Source: Laetmonice hystrix (lineage: Eukaryota). Taken from it: a stretch of DNA of 64,000 nucleotides. Positions 43,490-55,538 of the stretch are shown here, in pieces. The stretch covers positions 43,402,001 to 43,466,000 of the forward strand of contig OZ249436.1 in assembly GCA_965235115.1 (NCBI GenBank), given 5' to 3'. The translations under genes and the position numbers were made by a program. Position 1 is the stretch's first letter, and each line of letters begins with the position of its first letter. The notes beneath the pieces were generated by a model. The model saw only the letters and a program-made list of their open reading frames with translations. It was not told where the DNA came from and did not search any database.

Positions 43490-45440
43490 GTCGGAAGGCA
43501 GATGGCGACAGATTCATCTACGATTTCAGAGAGGGTTGCAAGCAATAGCCGCACACAAACTCTGTATTTGTTAACATACCCCACTAAGGGTATGAAGAGA
43601 GAGAGAAAAAGGTGTCTGCTGTCACCGGTAAGAGTACAGAGTCAGTAGTGTAAATGAGTCAGTCGTAGTGAGTGAGTGTCCGATGAAGCCAGTGAAGGAT
43701 TGCAACGGGGTAACGCGTGGCACTGGATCTGTTGATAACATTCTAACAGAAACAGCGTCTTGGTGGATGTTTCACTAACAGCGAAGGTCTAGATCGCCGA
43801 GAGCGGAGACGGAGGTAATTTTCCACCTTTTGTTCGTGTTTTAGCAGACTTGAAAAACTTGAAACTTGAAACTAAAACCAAGATTAGCTGGTGTTTGTGA
43901 CGCCGCGTCATAACTCCCCCTGACTCGCGTGAAAATAGCGCATGACCCGAGCGGTATTTTTAAAAGTCGCCCCATGCGAGCGATTTGTTTCCACCAGACG
44001 CGTGCGCACACATCATGCCGCGCTCCAAAACAAATCGCTCGCTCGCGTCCGGTGGAAATCCCGCATTAGACAATGTTTCACTTATCCTTGCGACCATAGA
44101 CACTTCACATGGTGTTACTGGTGTTCAAAGTCACGTTAGTGAGGAACTTGATCTGTAGCTTTAACAGTATAGGGCAGTTATATTATAGCTTCCAGGTGCT
44201 GATGCTATATATAGGCTGGTAGGCCTCCGGCTACTGGGGAATCCCCGGGGTCCATACTGTGACTAGGCCACTAGGGCCCTGGAGGAATTCACGGGCGAAA
44301 TCATGGAATCAGCCATAACACATGGAAGTCCCAGTGTGGAACAGAAAATGACCTTTTTACTACTGAATTACCCAGTCCACCGTGTAAAGAGTCAGATTAT
44401 TTCAAAGTGATGGATTGTAAAAATCTACCTCATACCTCAGACAAATCTTAACCTTGTCTGCTAAATTTGGCTCCTCACCATTGTTTCCTTTTCACAGCTT
44501 TCCCAAGGTGTTGAGTGATGTCAGAAATTATGAACATCAGTGGCACCTGACATGAATTTTCACACCTGTTGTCTTTGTGGCACAAGTGGCTGTTCCACAC
44601 TGTCTCACACAGAACCAACTTTGGTCAGAACAACAGGTGCAGCCTGCATCTCCAGGGCACCTTAGTCAGCATTGCTGAATTTGCGTCAGACAGAAAATAC
44701 TGAAACGAAAAGAAAACGGAATTTCCAAAATTTCGGTTTATAAAGAATGTGTTTCGCTCATGCATTGTATTTTAACAGATGGACTACTTTTGCAAATGTA
44801 ACAAAAAACCCGAGAAAATGATACTGCAATAATAAAACGGAAAACAGAATGGAACTGGCCTCCGAATGCACTGTATTTCAGGAAATCAAGCCTATTTTTT
44901 AAAACTTTTCTGTCCGCGGTTGGCTGTGCCATCCGAAATCTATGACCTGGTGCCCCCCCTTCTATAATTGTCCCCTGAATTACACCTATAAATATACCCC
45001 CCGACAGAAAATAGATGTTTGTGCCTCGCCTGTATCCAATATCCATACTCAAGCAAATCACAACGAAATTTGTGAAATTATGGTTATAATTTCATAATTT
45101 TGTTATTCCTTTAATTATTATTTTGCTATTATTTGTAACATTTCCTCGTCATATTCCTGACGCACATTAATAACTTCTTTCGCATTTAACTTCCCAGATC
45201 GGAGACAAACGTCCAAACGATGGTAACATTCACAAAGCAAGGAGACGGCCTATATCATGAGATAAAGCTGGGCCGTGTATTAAAGCTTGACTCTATGGCC
45301 TACAGCAACCTTGACTAACCTAACCTAACGACTTCAGTTGTCAAGTTGTGGGCACTTTCAGCATCCGCCTGCCTATTCGCTTGACAACACAGAGCCACGT
45401 GCTCCTGTCGCTAGGGACGCTTCCATCATCTGCAGCCTGT

Positions 45441-45473
45441 AGCCAATCAGCGCCGCCGGGGATCGTGACGTCA
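45441..45473 (+). promoter_or_regulatory. CCAAT box and palindromic CRE upstream of the PKG start codon
   Basis: agccaatcag at 45441 and TGACGTCA at 45466-45473 in GC/CpG-rich sequence, 120-150 nt before the ATG. Confidence 0.5.
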
Positions 45474-45592
45474 GAATGCCGCCGCCCAGTGAGACGCCAG
45501 AGGACAGGGAGGTCCGAGCCGCCAGCGGTGACAGAGGAGGCGGTGGAGGGACAGACACGGAGTGCCGACAGCCGCCCCAACACGCCCCGACC

Positions 45593-45978
45593 ATGGGTAA
45601 CGGAGCAAGTGCCACACAGCTCATCGTGGACGGCGAACCCCTCGACCTGATCAAAATCAAGGAACTATTACCTGATCTCAAGCTGCAAATCCAACATAGG
45701 GATGCTTTAATCGAACGCTGTGAACGGGAGCGGACTGAAACACGACAGCAGTTACGGGAACGCGAGGCTGAGGTGAGGAAACTCCGAGCTGAGGTTCACA
45801 AACTCAAGTCTGTCCTGCAGGCAACTGTTCATCGAGATGGTAATCCGGATATCCTGGCGACCATTCACGAGGAGTCGACAATGGTGGGGACGCGGAGTAA
45901 GAAACAAGGAGTTTCTGGAGAGAGTTCGGCGGCCGGCATGAGACCAGCAGAGATCGTCAACCACGAGAAGAACTTCAG
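45593..45978 (+). CDS. PKG: cGMP-dependent protein kinase, first coding exon (myristoylation motif, leucine zipper, pseudosubstrate); remaining exons not found in this window
   Basis: Strong Kozak accATGG; MGNGAS; coiled coil ending EVHKLKSVLQ; autoinhibitory KKQGVSGES; HEKNF; AG|GTAAGA donor. These match my recollection of molluscan PKG N-termini. Upstream acceptor at 45197. Confidence 0.92.
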
Positions 45979-46716
45979 GTAAGATTTCATAACATAAATA
46001 ACAACTTTAATTCGGCTAAACCCTCGGCCCAATTCCAGCATCGTAATAAGTACTGATAACTGGCAATAGGCCCATTTATAGGTCTATACGATCATGTTTT
46101 CAACTTTCTAAAGTTCGTCTTATTTCAGGTTTATTACCAAGTATTGTTGGAAATCAATGGAAGGTCATACAAGGGTCAGGCCCCTACAAATGTAGACTTA
46201 TATAATACACCAAGTAAGACATAATCTTGTAGATGAGACTATTATATTGAATTGTCAATATATTTTATGCAGAAGGTGTGTCTACGTGTTGTCTTTCTTG
46301 ATAACTGCAGCAAATATTTCTCTTTCTGTGCAAGCGGAGCCCTTCCTGCGCTCTGACAGATTAATCAGAGAAAAGTGTCGGCTTGTTCTGCTATTATTTC
46401 TGTGTGTGAGATCTTTTGATCGGTTATTTTGAGGCAGTAAGAGTAAGCAGAAGAGGTTAAGTAGGTAATTTGTTAACCCAACCCAAATCCGAACTACAAT
46501 ACTGCACAAAGTTAACGATCTGTATGAATGGATTACGCCAGCTGTTTTGAAGTGCCGGTTTTATTCTTCATTCATTAATTCGTACTCTTAGGCTACCTGT
46601 TGTTTTCATCTGATGTATAATCCCACAAGGCAGCTCACAGTGGATCGCATATAAGGCTCGCCACCTTTGTTACATTGTTATCATTGACGGTTTCTCGTAT
46701 GACATGCTCCTGCTTG

Positions 46717-47263
46717 CACAGGGACAGGCAGGTGTGTTACAGGGACAGGCAGGTGTGTTACAGGGACAGGCAGGTGTGTTACAGGGACATGCAGGTGTGT
46801 TACAGGGACAGGCAGGTGTGTTACAGGGACAGGCAGGTGTGTTACAGGGACAGGCAGGTGTGTTACAGGGACAGGCAGGTGTGTTACAGGGACAGGCAGG
46901 TGTGTTACAGGGACAGGCAGGTGTGTTACAGGGACAGGCAGGTGTGTTACAGGGACAGGCAGGTGTGTTACAGGGACAGGCAGGTGTGTTACAGGGACAG
47001 GCAGGTGTGTTACAGGGACAGGCAGGTGTGTTACAGGGACAGGCAGGTGTGTTACAGGGACAGGCAGGTGTGTTACAGGGACAGGCAGGTGTGTGACAGG
47101 GACAGGCAGGTGTGTTACAGGGACAGGCAGGTGTGTTACAGGGACAGGCAGGTGTGTTACAGGGACAGGCAGGTGTGTGACAGGGACAGGCAGGTGTGTT
47201 ACAGGGACAGGCAGGTGTGTTACAGGGACAGGCAGGTGTGTTACAGGGACAGGCAGGTGTGTT
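46717..47263. repeat. 21-bp minisatellite, about 26 copies
   Basis: Unit acagggacaggcaggtgtgtt. Confidence 0.97.
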
Positions 47264-47637
47264 GCAGGAGCCACTGTGATTAACACCGGACGGATCTCAT
47301 GCACCTGGGGCCTTTAATTGAAATCTTAGTTTTCTATAAGGGGATTGGATCAAATAAAAACAGCCTTATGTTTACAGTGTACATGGGGCCTAAACCTACG
47401 CCTGTGTCCCAACGCAAAATACGTTTCATAATTTGCTAGAAGTGGCCTCAACGGCCTTTTAGAAGACAAAGAACGGCAGTCGTGTATCAACACATATAGG
47501 CCGACAGCCGCTGCAATGGATCCAGGGGGTTACAGGAGGCAGGACATCCTCCCCCGACGTCATTTTCTCACCCCCCCCCCCCCCCGACATATACACACAC
47601 CCTTTCCAATAGATCCGCCGCTGAGTAGCTGGTAGAG

Positions 47638-47811
47638 AGTGGTTTCCGGTGTGTATTCGAGCCAGCCATTGATGCCTACAGTGGTTTCCCGTGTGTATTC
47701 GAGCCAGCCATTGATGCCTACAGTGGTTTCCCGTGTGTATTCGAGCCAGCCATTGATGCCTACAGTGGTTTCCCGTGTGTATTCGAGCCAGCCATTGATG
47801 CCTACAGTGGT
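47638..47811. repeat. 45-bp minisatellite, about 4 copies
   Basis: Unit agtggtttcccgtgtgtattcgagccagccattgatgcctac (core). Confidence 0.9.
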
Positions 47812-47996
47812 GTCAACATAGGTCATCATGTCGTAGGACTACTTCCCGCGGAGGGTTTCAATGGCACACCGTCCGGCCGGTCGCGGCAGGATATCATGAT
47901 GTCAATATTGACAGGGGAGAGGCGAACAGACCGACGTACATCCGTACGTGCTCCGTACGTCCGTCCGGACGGATAACGAGAGCGGGCAGTGGTTGT

Positions 47997-48448
47997 AGCC
48001 GTGGGCAGGGAACACCGTGAGCCGTGGGCAGGGAACACTGTGAGCCGTGGGGGCCGTGGGCTGGGACCACCGTAAGCCGTGGGCAGGGAACACCGTGAGC
48101 CGTGGGCAGGGACCACCGTGAGCCGTGGGCTGGGACCATCGTGAGCCGTGGGCAGGGATCACCGTGAGCCGTGGGCTGGGACCACCGTGAGCCGTGGGCT
48201 GGGACCATCGTGAGCCGTGGGCAGGGACCACCGTGAGCCGTGGGCTGGGACCACCGTGAGCCGTGGGCTGGGACCACCGTGAGCCGTGGGCATGGACCAC
48301 CGTGAGCCGTGGGCTGGGACCCCAGTGAGCCGTGGCCAGGGACGATCGTGAGCCGCGGGCAGGGACCACCGTGAGCCGTGGGCAGGGACCACCGTGAGCC
48401 GCGGGCTGGGACCACCGTGAGCCGTGAGCTGGGACCACCGTGAGCCGT
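47997..48448. repeat. 23-bp G-rich minisatellite
   Basis: Unit agccgtgggc(a/t)gggaccaccgtg. Confidence 0.95.
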
Positions 48449-48703
48449 CAGAGCCGCCAGGTTTTCCAAGCAAGCCCTATATGTGGTCAACGTAAACCCT
48501 ATGTGGACACATAGCTGCTCTGTTCCTCTGACTAACATGAGCGAGCATCCTGTGTTAACTTTACGTAATTTGACGATGATCGTGTTTCGTTGCCGTCACA
48601 GTGCAGGATGAAGAAGCTACACCCCTTAGTCAGCTTACAAAGCGCCTAAAAAGATGAACGAATGATGCACGATAATGCATTTTTAAATGCAAATCGGGTG
48701 TAA

Positions 48704-48986
48704 GGGGGCAACCATTAGATATTTAGGGGGGCTGTTTTTTTTTCGTGGGAATATTTTTTTATATTTTAAAGAGTGGACTGCCTAAATTTTTCCCCCAACC
48801 CTCATGGCAACATTTTATTTATTTCACATAAGACTCATTATTTATTTCCAGATACTAATAACACATTATTTATTTCGGGCATGGCCAGGGAGAATTTAAT
48901 TATTTCACCAATTGTCCACCCGAAATTATTTATTTCCAAAAACACCCAGCCCCCCCCCCCTCCCTAAATATCTAATGGTCGTCCCC
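48704..48986. mobile_element. Harbinger-like MITE
   Basis: gggggcaaccattagatatttaggg / ccctaaatatctaatggtcgtcccc; TAA on both flanks. Confidence 0.78.
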
Positions 48987-49495
48987 TAAGCATGCCCTTC
49001 CCCCCTGCCTGGCATGGTCTGGTCACCTAATGATAATACACCAGATCTTAGGATGGTAATGGGTATCGCCGTGATATTCCCAGTAATTATGAAGTATATT
49101 CATAACTTTGTCATTTCCACATGCACATTCAAGGATTGAAATTGACTGAATGGCAAACTAACAGGTGGCAAGGTCTCTTTCTGGTGGTTTTCCATTTTGT
49201 GGTTATTTCATGATCGTGCATTTACAAAATCTACACGTTTGGCTTCAATTTTTTTCTGCTAATTGTGCGTCGGCTCAAGGGAAGAAGTGTAAATTGATCT
49301 CGCAGCGAAATACCAGATTAATGTTCCTAGATATTGTCACGAACAGGATATAGCAGAGCGGGGGTGTATAGGTGAGGAGCGACGTGATAACGTCACGGTA
49401 TCCAGGCAACATTCCATCGAGGGACCGGTGGAGGTTGACAGGAAGTCAACACGAGTCTGGCGCACGCGCAGTTCGTACATTACGCGTAGATCTTG

Positions 49496-50115
49496 CATTC
49501 GGCCCACCTCGGGACTGTCCGGGCCAGATCCTCTCGGCCCTCGCACAGTCGTCAACATGTTGGATCTTCTTTTATCACGTGACACAACGTGGTAAAAATG
49601 ACGACGGCAGACACACCGAAAAAGGTGAAAGACAAGCATTGTCTGGGTTGTTTAAAAACAGATCTCCGCTTGATACCTCTGACAAGTGGATTAGACATCA
49701 GAGAAAATCAGAGAAAAATTTAGGTCTCTATACCTTTTTAGATGTTGACATTCCTATTGGCATTGTTTATCGTCAGACGGAGGTCACCGTTTGTCCCACG
49801 GACGAGCTGTCTCACTTGGGATTCCCTTGGGATTCCTTTGGGCGTATGGCGTCATTTCTTATGTTGATGCAAGCTAGTAAAGTCGTATGATTTCATAAAT
49901 ACTGCAAAATTGAATGTGTCGCAGCTGCTAAGAACGATCGAGACTGCAAATCTTCGGAAATTATCCATCTTTCCCGATGAACAATCCCGCGTTAGGCCGA
50001 ATACCGACGATCTATGAACTACTTTGCGCCGTTGCGCACTACGCGAGTTGTGATGTGCCCAAACCCGTGGAATCACTGTCATATCTCTACGGCTTGCGAG
50101 GTTCGAGACCACAAC
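49496..50115 (+). repeat. Dispersed repeat, copy 1 (~600 bp)
   Basis: Collinear with 52030-52602 from cattcggcccacctcgggactgtc to gagaccacaac. Confidence 0.9.
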
Positions 50116-51328
50116 CGGAAGTTGGGCCGTGGTTTTCCGAATGGTAGATCTTGGATGCACCGGTGACGTCAGAATCACGTCAGCGAGAGAAACCGGGAGC
50201 TTGCCTGTCAATGTTGTCGATCGGGAATTCATAATATCTTTGCTGCAGATTGAGGAGTAGGCCTATAAAATCTAGACGCGTGATTTGATTCCGTGTCGTC
50301 CGATTCGTGTGGCAGGGGACTGTTTGCTCCCAGTTTGACCTTGGATTGGAGTCTGTACAGAAATAACCAGTGACCATTATACACGTACTCACAAGAGGTT
50401 TGGAGATCATTTTCAGACTGGTCCGAATTCTGTAATTGGACGAATAGAAGGTGGGGTGTTTACAAGAATGTAGTAAAAAGTAATGATGATATCATTATTC
50501 ACGGGGTACATGTTTCCGGATCAGCAATGGCTCGCCACCCCTCACTCGGTATAATATTGTGATGCGAAAGTTGTGACATTATAATAGCCAATCAGGGTGA
50601 GTATCTGACCCGCGTGTCGTGCATTATCAGGGTGAATATCTGACCCGCGTATCGTGTCTTCCAAGTGTCATTATCCTGTCATTACATCCGCTTCAAGTCA
50701 CACGAGTGCCGCGGGCTCTGTTCGGGTCGGTTATAGAAGATGTTGCCTTGGCGACTGCCTTTCGGAAATGTTACAGAGTCGTTACCATGGGGACGATTAT
50801 AAAGTGGACATTTTTGACAAAGAATATTCATATATTATCGGCAACCATGTTTTGGTATCGCAGTGTCGTCTATTTTAGGAGTTAACATTTGGATCTATGA
50901 CTTCCGCACGAATCTCCGTTTAGTACTCTTTTAGATAGGAGGCCCAGCTTGGGATGAACACCTTAGAGCAACACAAATTCAAAGTTTACCACTGACAATT
51001 TTTTTATTTCCTTTGTCATGCAGTTTAAATTGCAAACAGATAATGTGCACTAGCAAATGAGGGCAAGCTACCTTAGCATTCCCTAATTGGAATTGTCCAA
51101 TTAGGCCTATGGTGCACGATATTTTGATAACCGGGTCAATAAGTAGTTGCGTCGCCCAGGTTCCCATGCGCCGTGCTGTACACATATATGACATTGTGAT
51201 GGGCATCCGATATGATGTTTCTTGTTGCTCCCAACCGCTGGATTTTTTGTGATCGCCGTAAAGATGCCCTTAATGAGGGACTTCACACTCCTTGAGACGC
51301 ATGCGCAACGGCGCATTTAAGGTCATAT

Positions 51329-51614
51329 CCGCGTGGCGGCAGCACTGTCTCCCGGTCCTCTTGGCTACACATTACAATGACGTTAGATAGGACGACGAAA
51401 TGCTAATCAGTGGCAGGATGTGTTTAGACTATTTGTTATGAAAAATAATAACTTGATAGGCTTCACCATGTTGTAGAACTCCTAAACGTACCATAATATT
51501 TCACAGCAAATAGCTCTACGGCACCCAGCGATAGATTAGCATTTCGTCGAAATATCTAACGTCATAATAATGTGGGCCCAATGGGACCGGGTTGATAGTG
51601 CTGCCGCCACGCGG
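51329..51614. mobile_element. Foldback element / MITE with ~80-bp inverted arms
   Basis: ccgcgtggcggcagcact…gacgttagat…cgacgaaatgctaatc is mirrored at 51534-51614. Confidence 0.7.
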
Positions 51615-52029
51615 AAAAGACGGTAACAAAGTCCCTCATTGCCTGTACACGACTTCCACCACCAACACTGATTCCATATACGGAGTGAATCAAAATAAAC
51701 TATATATACTCAAAAATAAGGTGATGAATCAGAAATTTCGCAAAATCAGGACAATGTAGTAATTGGTGCATAAAGATTAACTCTTGAGCTTCAATTCGGA
51801 TATGTCAAGCGTTCGGATTCTATTAGAAGTATAAATCTAACGTTCTTTCCGTCTGTCGGATTGCCAGGCGTTCAAACTTTTATATTAGCAGTGTTTAAAG
51901 TGTTTTTACAAGAAACGTTCAGTAAGATTTGATTGGAATCAATGGTTGGGCATAGCGTGCGTGGTTTCAGTACGCGAGTCGTTGGCTGTACGTTTTAATG
52001 GCCTAGTGTGACGTGGATGCGTTCGTTGT

Positions 52030-52602
52030 CATTCGGCCCACCTCGGGACTGTCGGGGCCAGATCCTCTCGGCCATCGCACGGTCGTCACCATGTTGGATC
52101 TTCTTTTATCACGTGACACAACGTGGTCAAAATGGCGACGGCCGACACACCGACAAAGGTGAAAGACAAGCAGTGTCTGGCTTGTTTAAAAGCAGAACTC
52201 CGTTTGATACCTCTGACAAGTGGATGAGACGTCAAAGAAAATCTATTCAGGTCTCTATAGATACGTTTTCCTATTGGCATTGTTTATCGTCAACGTTCGT
52301 CCCACGGACGAGCTGTCACACTTGGGATTCCCTTGGGATTCCTTCCGGCGTATGACGTCATTTCTTATGTTGATGCAAGCTAGTAAAGTCGTATGATTTC
52401 ATAAATACTGCAAAACTGAATGTGTTGCGGCTGCTAAGAACGATCGAAACTGCAAATCTTCGGAAATTATCCATCTTTCCTGATGAACAATCCCGCGTTA
52501 GGCCGAATACCGACGGTCTATGAACTACTTTGAGTTGTGATGTGCCCAAACCCGTGGAATCTCTGTCATATCTCTACGGCTTGCGAGGTCCGAGACCACA
52601 AC
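52030..52602 (+). repeat. Dispersed repeat, copy 2
   Basis: Collinear with 49496-50115, with small indels. Confidence 0.9.
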
Positions 52603-52648
52603 TAGCGAAGCCGAGGTGGGCCGAGGTGTTCCGAATGCGTCCGTTTTG

Positions 52649-53095
52649 TAGCCTAGTCCCCGGTGCCTACCATACGCATCCGCTATGTTAGGCCAGGTGA
52701 TGGCTAACAGAAAGCTGTAAAACGGAAGTGGTTATCTCCAAGCATTTCCGCCTCGGAGCTAATCACTTCCGCCTCCGGTCCGTTTGTCAGCGTTAACAGA
52801 GTGATTGACTTCTGCTTGGAGCGTGGCCGGGAGTGGCCAACATGCATGTGCGTACATGCAGACCGTAGCAGGTATGGGAACTGATGACGCTATGCTTACA
52901 TCCAGAAAAGCGAGGACATTTAACACTTGTATTGTAAAGTGATTGACGAAAATATATGTATCTTGTTGGAGAAATACGGAAGGTACGGAACTACCTCGTT
53001 TGAGGCCAATGTTTTCGATGGAGCAATCACAACGCTTGCTTCGATTGGCCATCACCAGGCTCTATATACGTAGTGTTTAGACCGGGCACCAGGCT
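52649..53095. mobile_element. Non-autonomous DNA transposon with TAGCC termini
   Basis: tagcctagtccccggt / accgggcaccaggcta; tccgtttt present on both flanks. Confidence 0.7.
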
Positions 53096-53628
53096 ATCCG
53101 TTTTGTGGCATGGTCACATCCTTCCGGAACTGATTCTCGCCACAACCTTACATACGGCGCAGCCGACTTCCGGCTCCAGGCCTCCGCCTCCTTTGTCTGT
53201 GTGTCTCCGCGGACCGTTGCCATTGTCAACCGTTTCCGTCGGTCACACCCAGAACCACCCCAGCGCTGGTAATAACTGCGGGCTGGAACTGAACGCCAGT
53301 TTCTGCTCAGTGTTAATTAATTGTCTTGATCAATGCCTTCGATTTGCTCTGCATTTTTCAGTATTGTCTGAGTTAAGTGCGTCTGCCATTTTCTCGGTCC
53401 AGGTGCCGACCACAAATTCAATAGTAGAACCTGATTAATTCGTCCACTGTCTTCTTCGCTTTGGGTTGAATTAATCATAGACTCTAGGCGACATTAAAGA
53501 ATAACTGTTGCCTAGTTACAAATGAAGTAATAGGCAGCGTCTCTCTATCACTGCTATATGAGGGCGAGAGGAAAATGAAATACTAGTACTGTTCCGTTAG
53601 GGTAAAATTTCCGTTCAAATGCATGTGA

Positions 53629-54065
53629 TTAAAGGGAATAGAAAGGTTTCTCACTAACGTACTTTTGAACACCAGTAACACCATATAAAGTGTCTAAGGT
53701 CACACCGATATTAAAGGGAATAAAAAAAGTTCCTCACTAACGTACCTTTGAACACCAGTAACACCATATAAAGTGTCTAAGGTCACACCGATAAGTGGAA
53801 CACTGTCAACGGCGACTTTTTAAAAATACCGCCCGGGTCATTCGCTATTTCCCACGCGAGACAGCGGGAGCTATATCTATTAATAGATTGAGATAAGGGC
53901 CAAATAGGGTAAACAAACGGACGAAGCCAGCGGGAGAATGTCTCTACATTTCGGTTGATTATTCCTTTATTAAAGATCAGATAATCACAAAATTGTAGGT
54001 AAGAACAAGCTTGTTCATGCTGAACACCCTTATATTGATAGTTTGAACTTTTCTATTCCCTTTAA
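53629..54065. mobile_element. Kolobok-like non-autonomous transposon with a duplicated left end
   Basis: ttaaagggaatagaaag ... cttttctattccctttaa; ~82-bp tandem duplication at the left end; related inverted pieces at 42434-42468 and 43914-44148. Confidence 0.7.
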
Positions 54066-54629
54066 AAGCATAATGCTGGAGACTTAGATCTATACACCGA
54101 TCAAAACTGTACAGTTGGAGTGCACCCTGTGAAAGCATGGGTGGACTATAGCAAATAGTATGGTAAGAGTGAACGATAATACTGGGCTATGTTCGTGTCA
54201 CCATGCAGCAAGTTCATTTTCTTTAGATAACCCCGTAAAGAGACAACGGATCGCTTCAATATTATATGTGGCAATAAACTATGCTAGCATGTATTGAAAA
54301 ATGGGGGTATTACCTCTGGCGTGTTACATGGCATATTCCTGGCATCAGACACAAGTGAGTAGCAAAGAACTGCTTCGTGTTTGTGCAGCACGTTCAGCTG
54401 GGCAGTAAATATTTAACACGTCGAGCAGGACACGTCGCAAAGCGTCAGCTAGAAAGCACTTCCGACCGCCTGAGGCCAAACAAGGAGCTGGATTTGAGAC
54501 GGAGTGTATGCGTTGCCAGTCAGCGCTCGTGGTCAGTGACACTTAAGCCGTGGGACTGGTCAGACAGATCCGAGGGGAGGGTGGATCCCCCATAGTAACG
54601 TCGCGATGAAATCGGGTGTAAACAACTAA

Positions 54630-55226
54630 AAATCTATCACATTCCCTATCCCCAAACCGAATCCTGAACCCCACCTCACAACACCACTCCCAAAATATCT
54701 ATCACATTCCCTATCCCCAAACCGAATCCTGAACCCCACCTCACAACACCACTCCCAAAAAATCTATCACATTCCCTATCCCCAAACCGAATCCTGAACC
54801 CCACCTCCCCAAACCACCCCCAAAAAATCTATCACATTCCCTATCCCCAAACCGAATCCTGAACCCTACCTCACAACACCACTCCCGAAAAATCTATCAC
54901 ATTCCCTATCCCCAAACCGAATCCTGAACCCCACCTCCCCAAACCACCCCCAAAAAATCTATCACATTCCCTATCCCCAAACCGAATCCTGAACCCCACC
55001 TCACAATACCACTCCCAAAATATCTATCACATTCCCTATCCCCAAACCGAATCCTGAACCCTACCTCACAACACCACTCCCAAAATATCTATCACATTCC
55101 CTATCCCCAAACCGAATCCTGAACCCTACCTCACAACACCACTCCCAAAATATCTATCACATTCCCTATCCCCAAACCGAATCCTAAACCCCACCTCCCC
55201 AAACCACCCATAAAAAAAATCACATT
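54630..55226. repeat. ~65-bp C-rich minisatellite, about 9 copies
   Basis: Unit aatctatcacattccctatccccaaaccgaatcctgaaccccacctcacaacaccactcccaaa. Confidence 0.95.
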
Positions 55227-55538
55227 TTCTAGGGCCCCCCACCACCGCCCCCCCCCCCCCCCCCGGGGGGATCCAAGGTCCATGGCCAGGGGAAGTGGCG
55301 GCCACTGGGGGTTCCAAAGTCCCTTGTCTTATTACCATATCAATCTGAAACTGTCTTTTGAACAAATACGACAAGGCTGCTGCTGCATTTGGTAGGGTGA
55401 TCACACCACCAATACAAGAAGCAATGTTCAGGATAAGGTACATTCCTGTATTACTGGTCATATAATGTCCTCAAAAGATATCACATTCCTGAATGGCCAT
55501 TCGTATAGTATAGTCATGAGATCTTGTTATTCCTGTTT

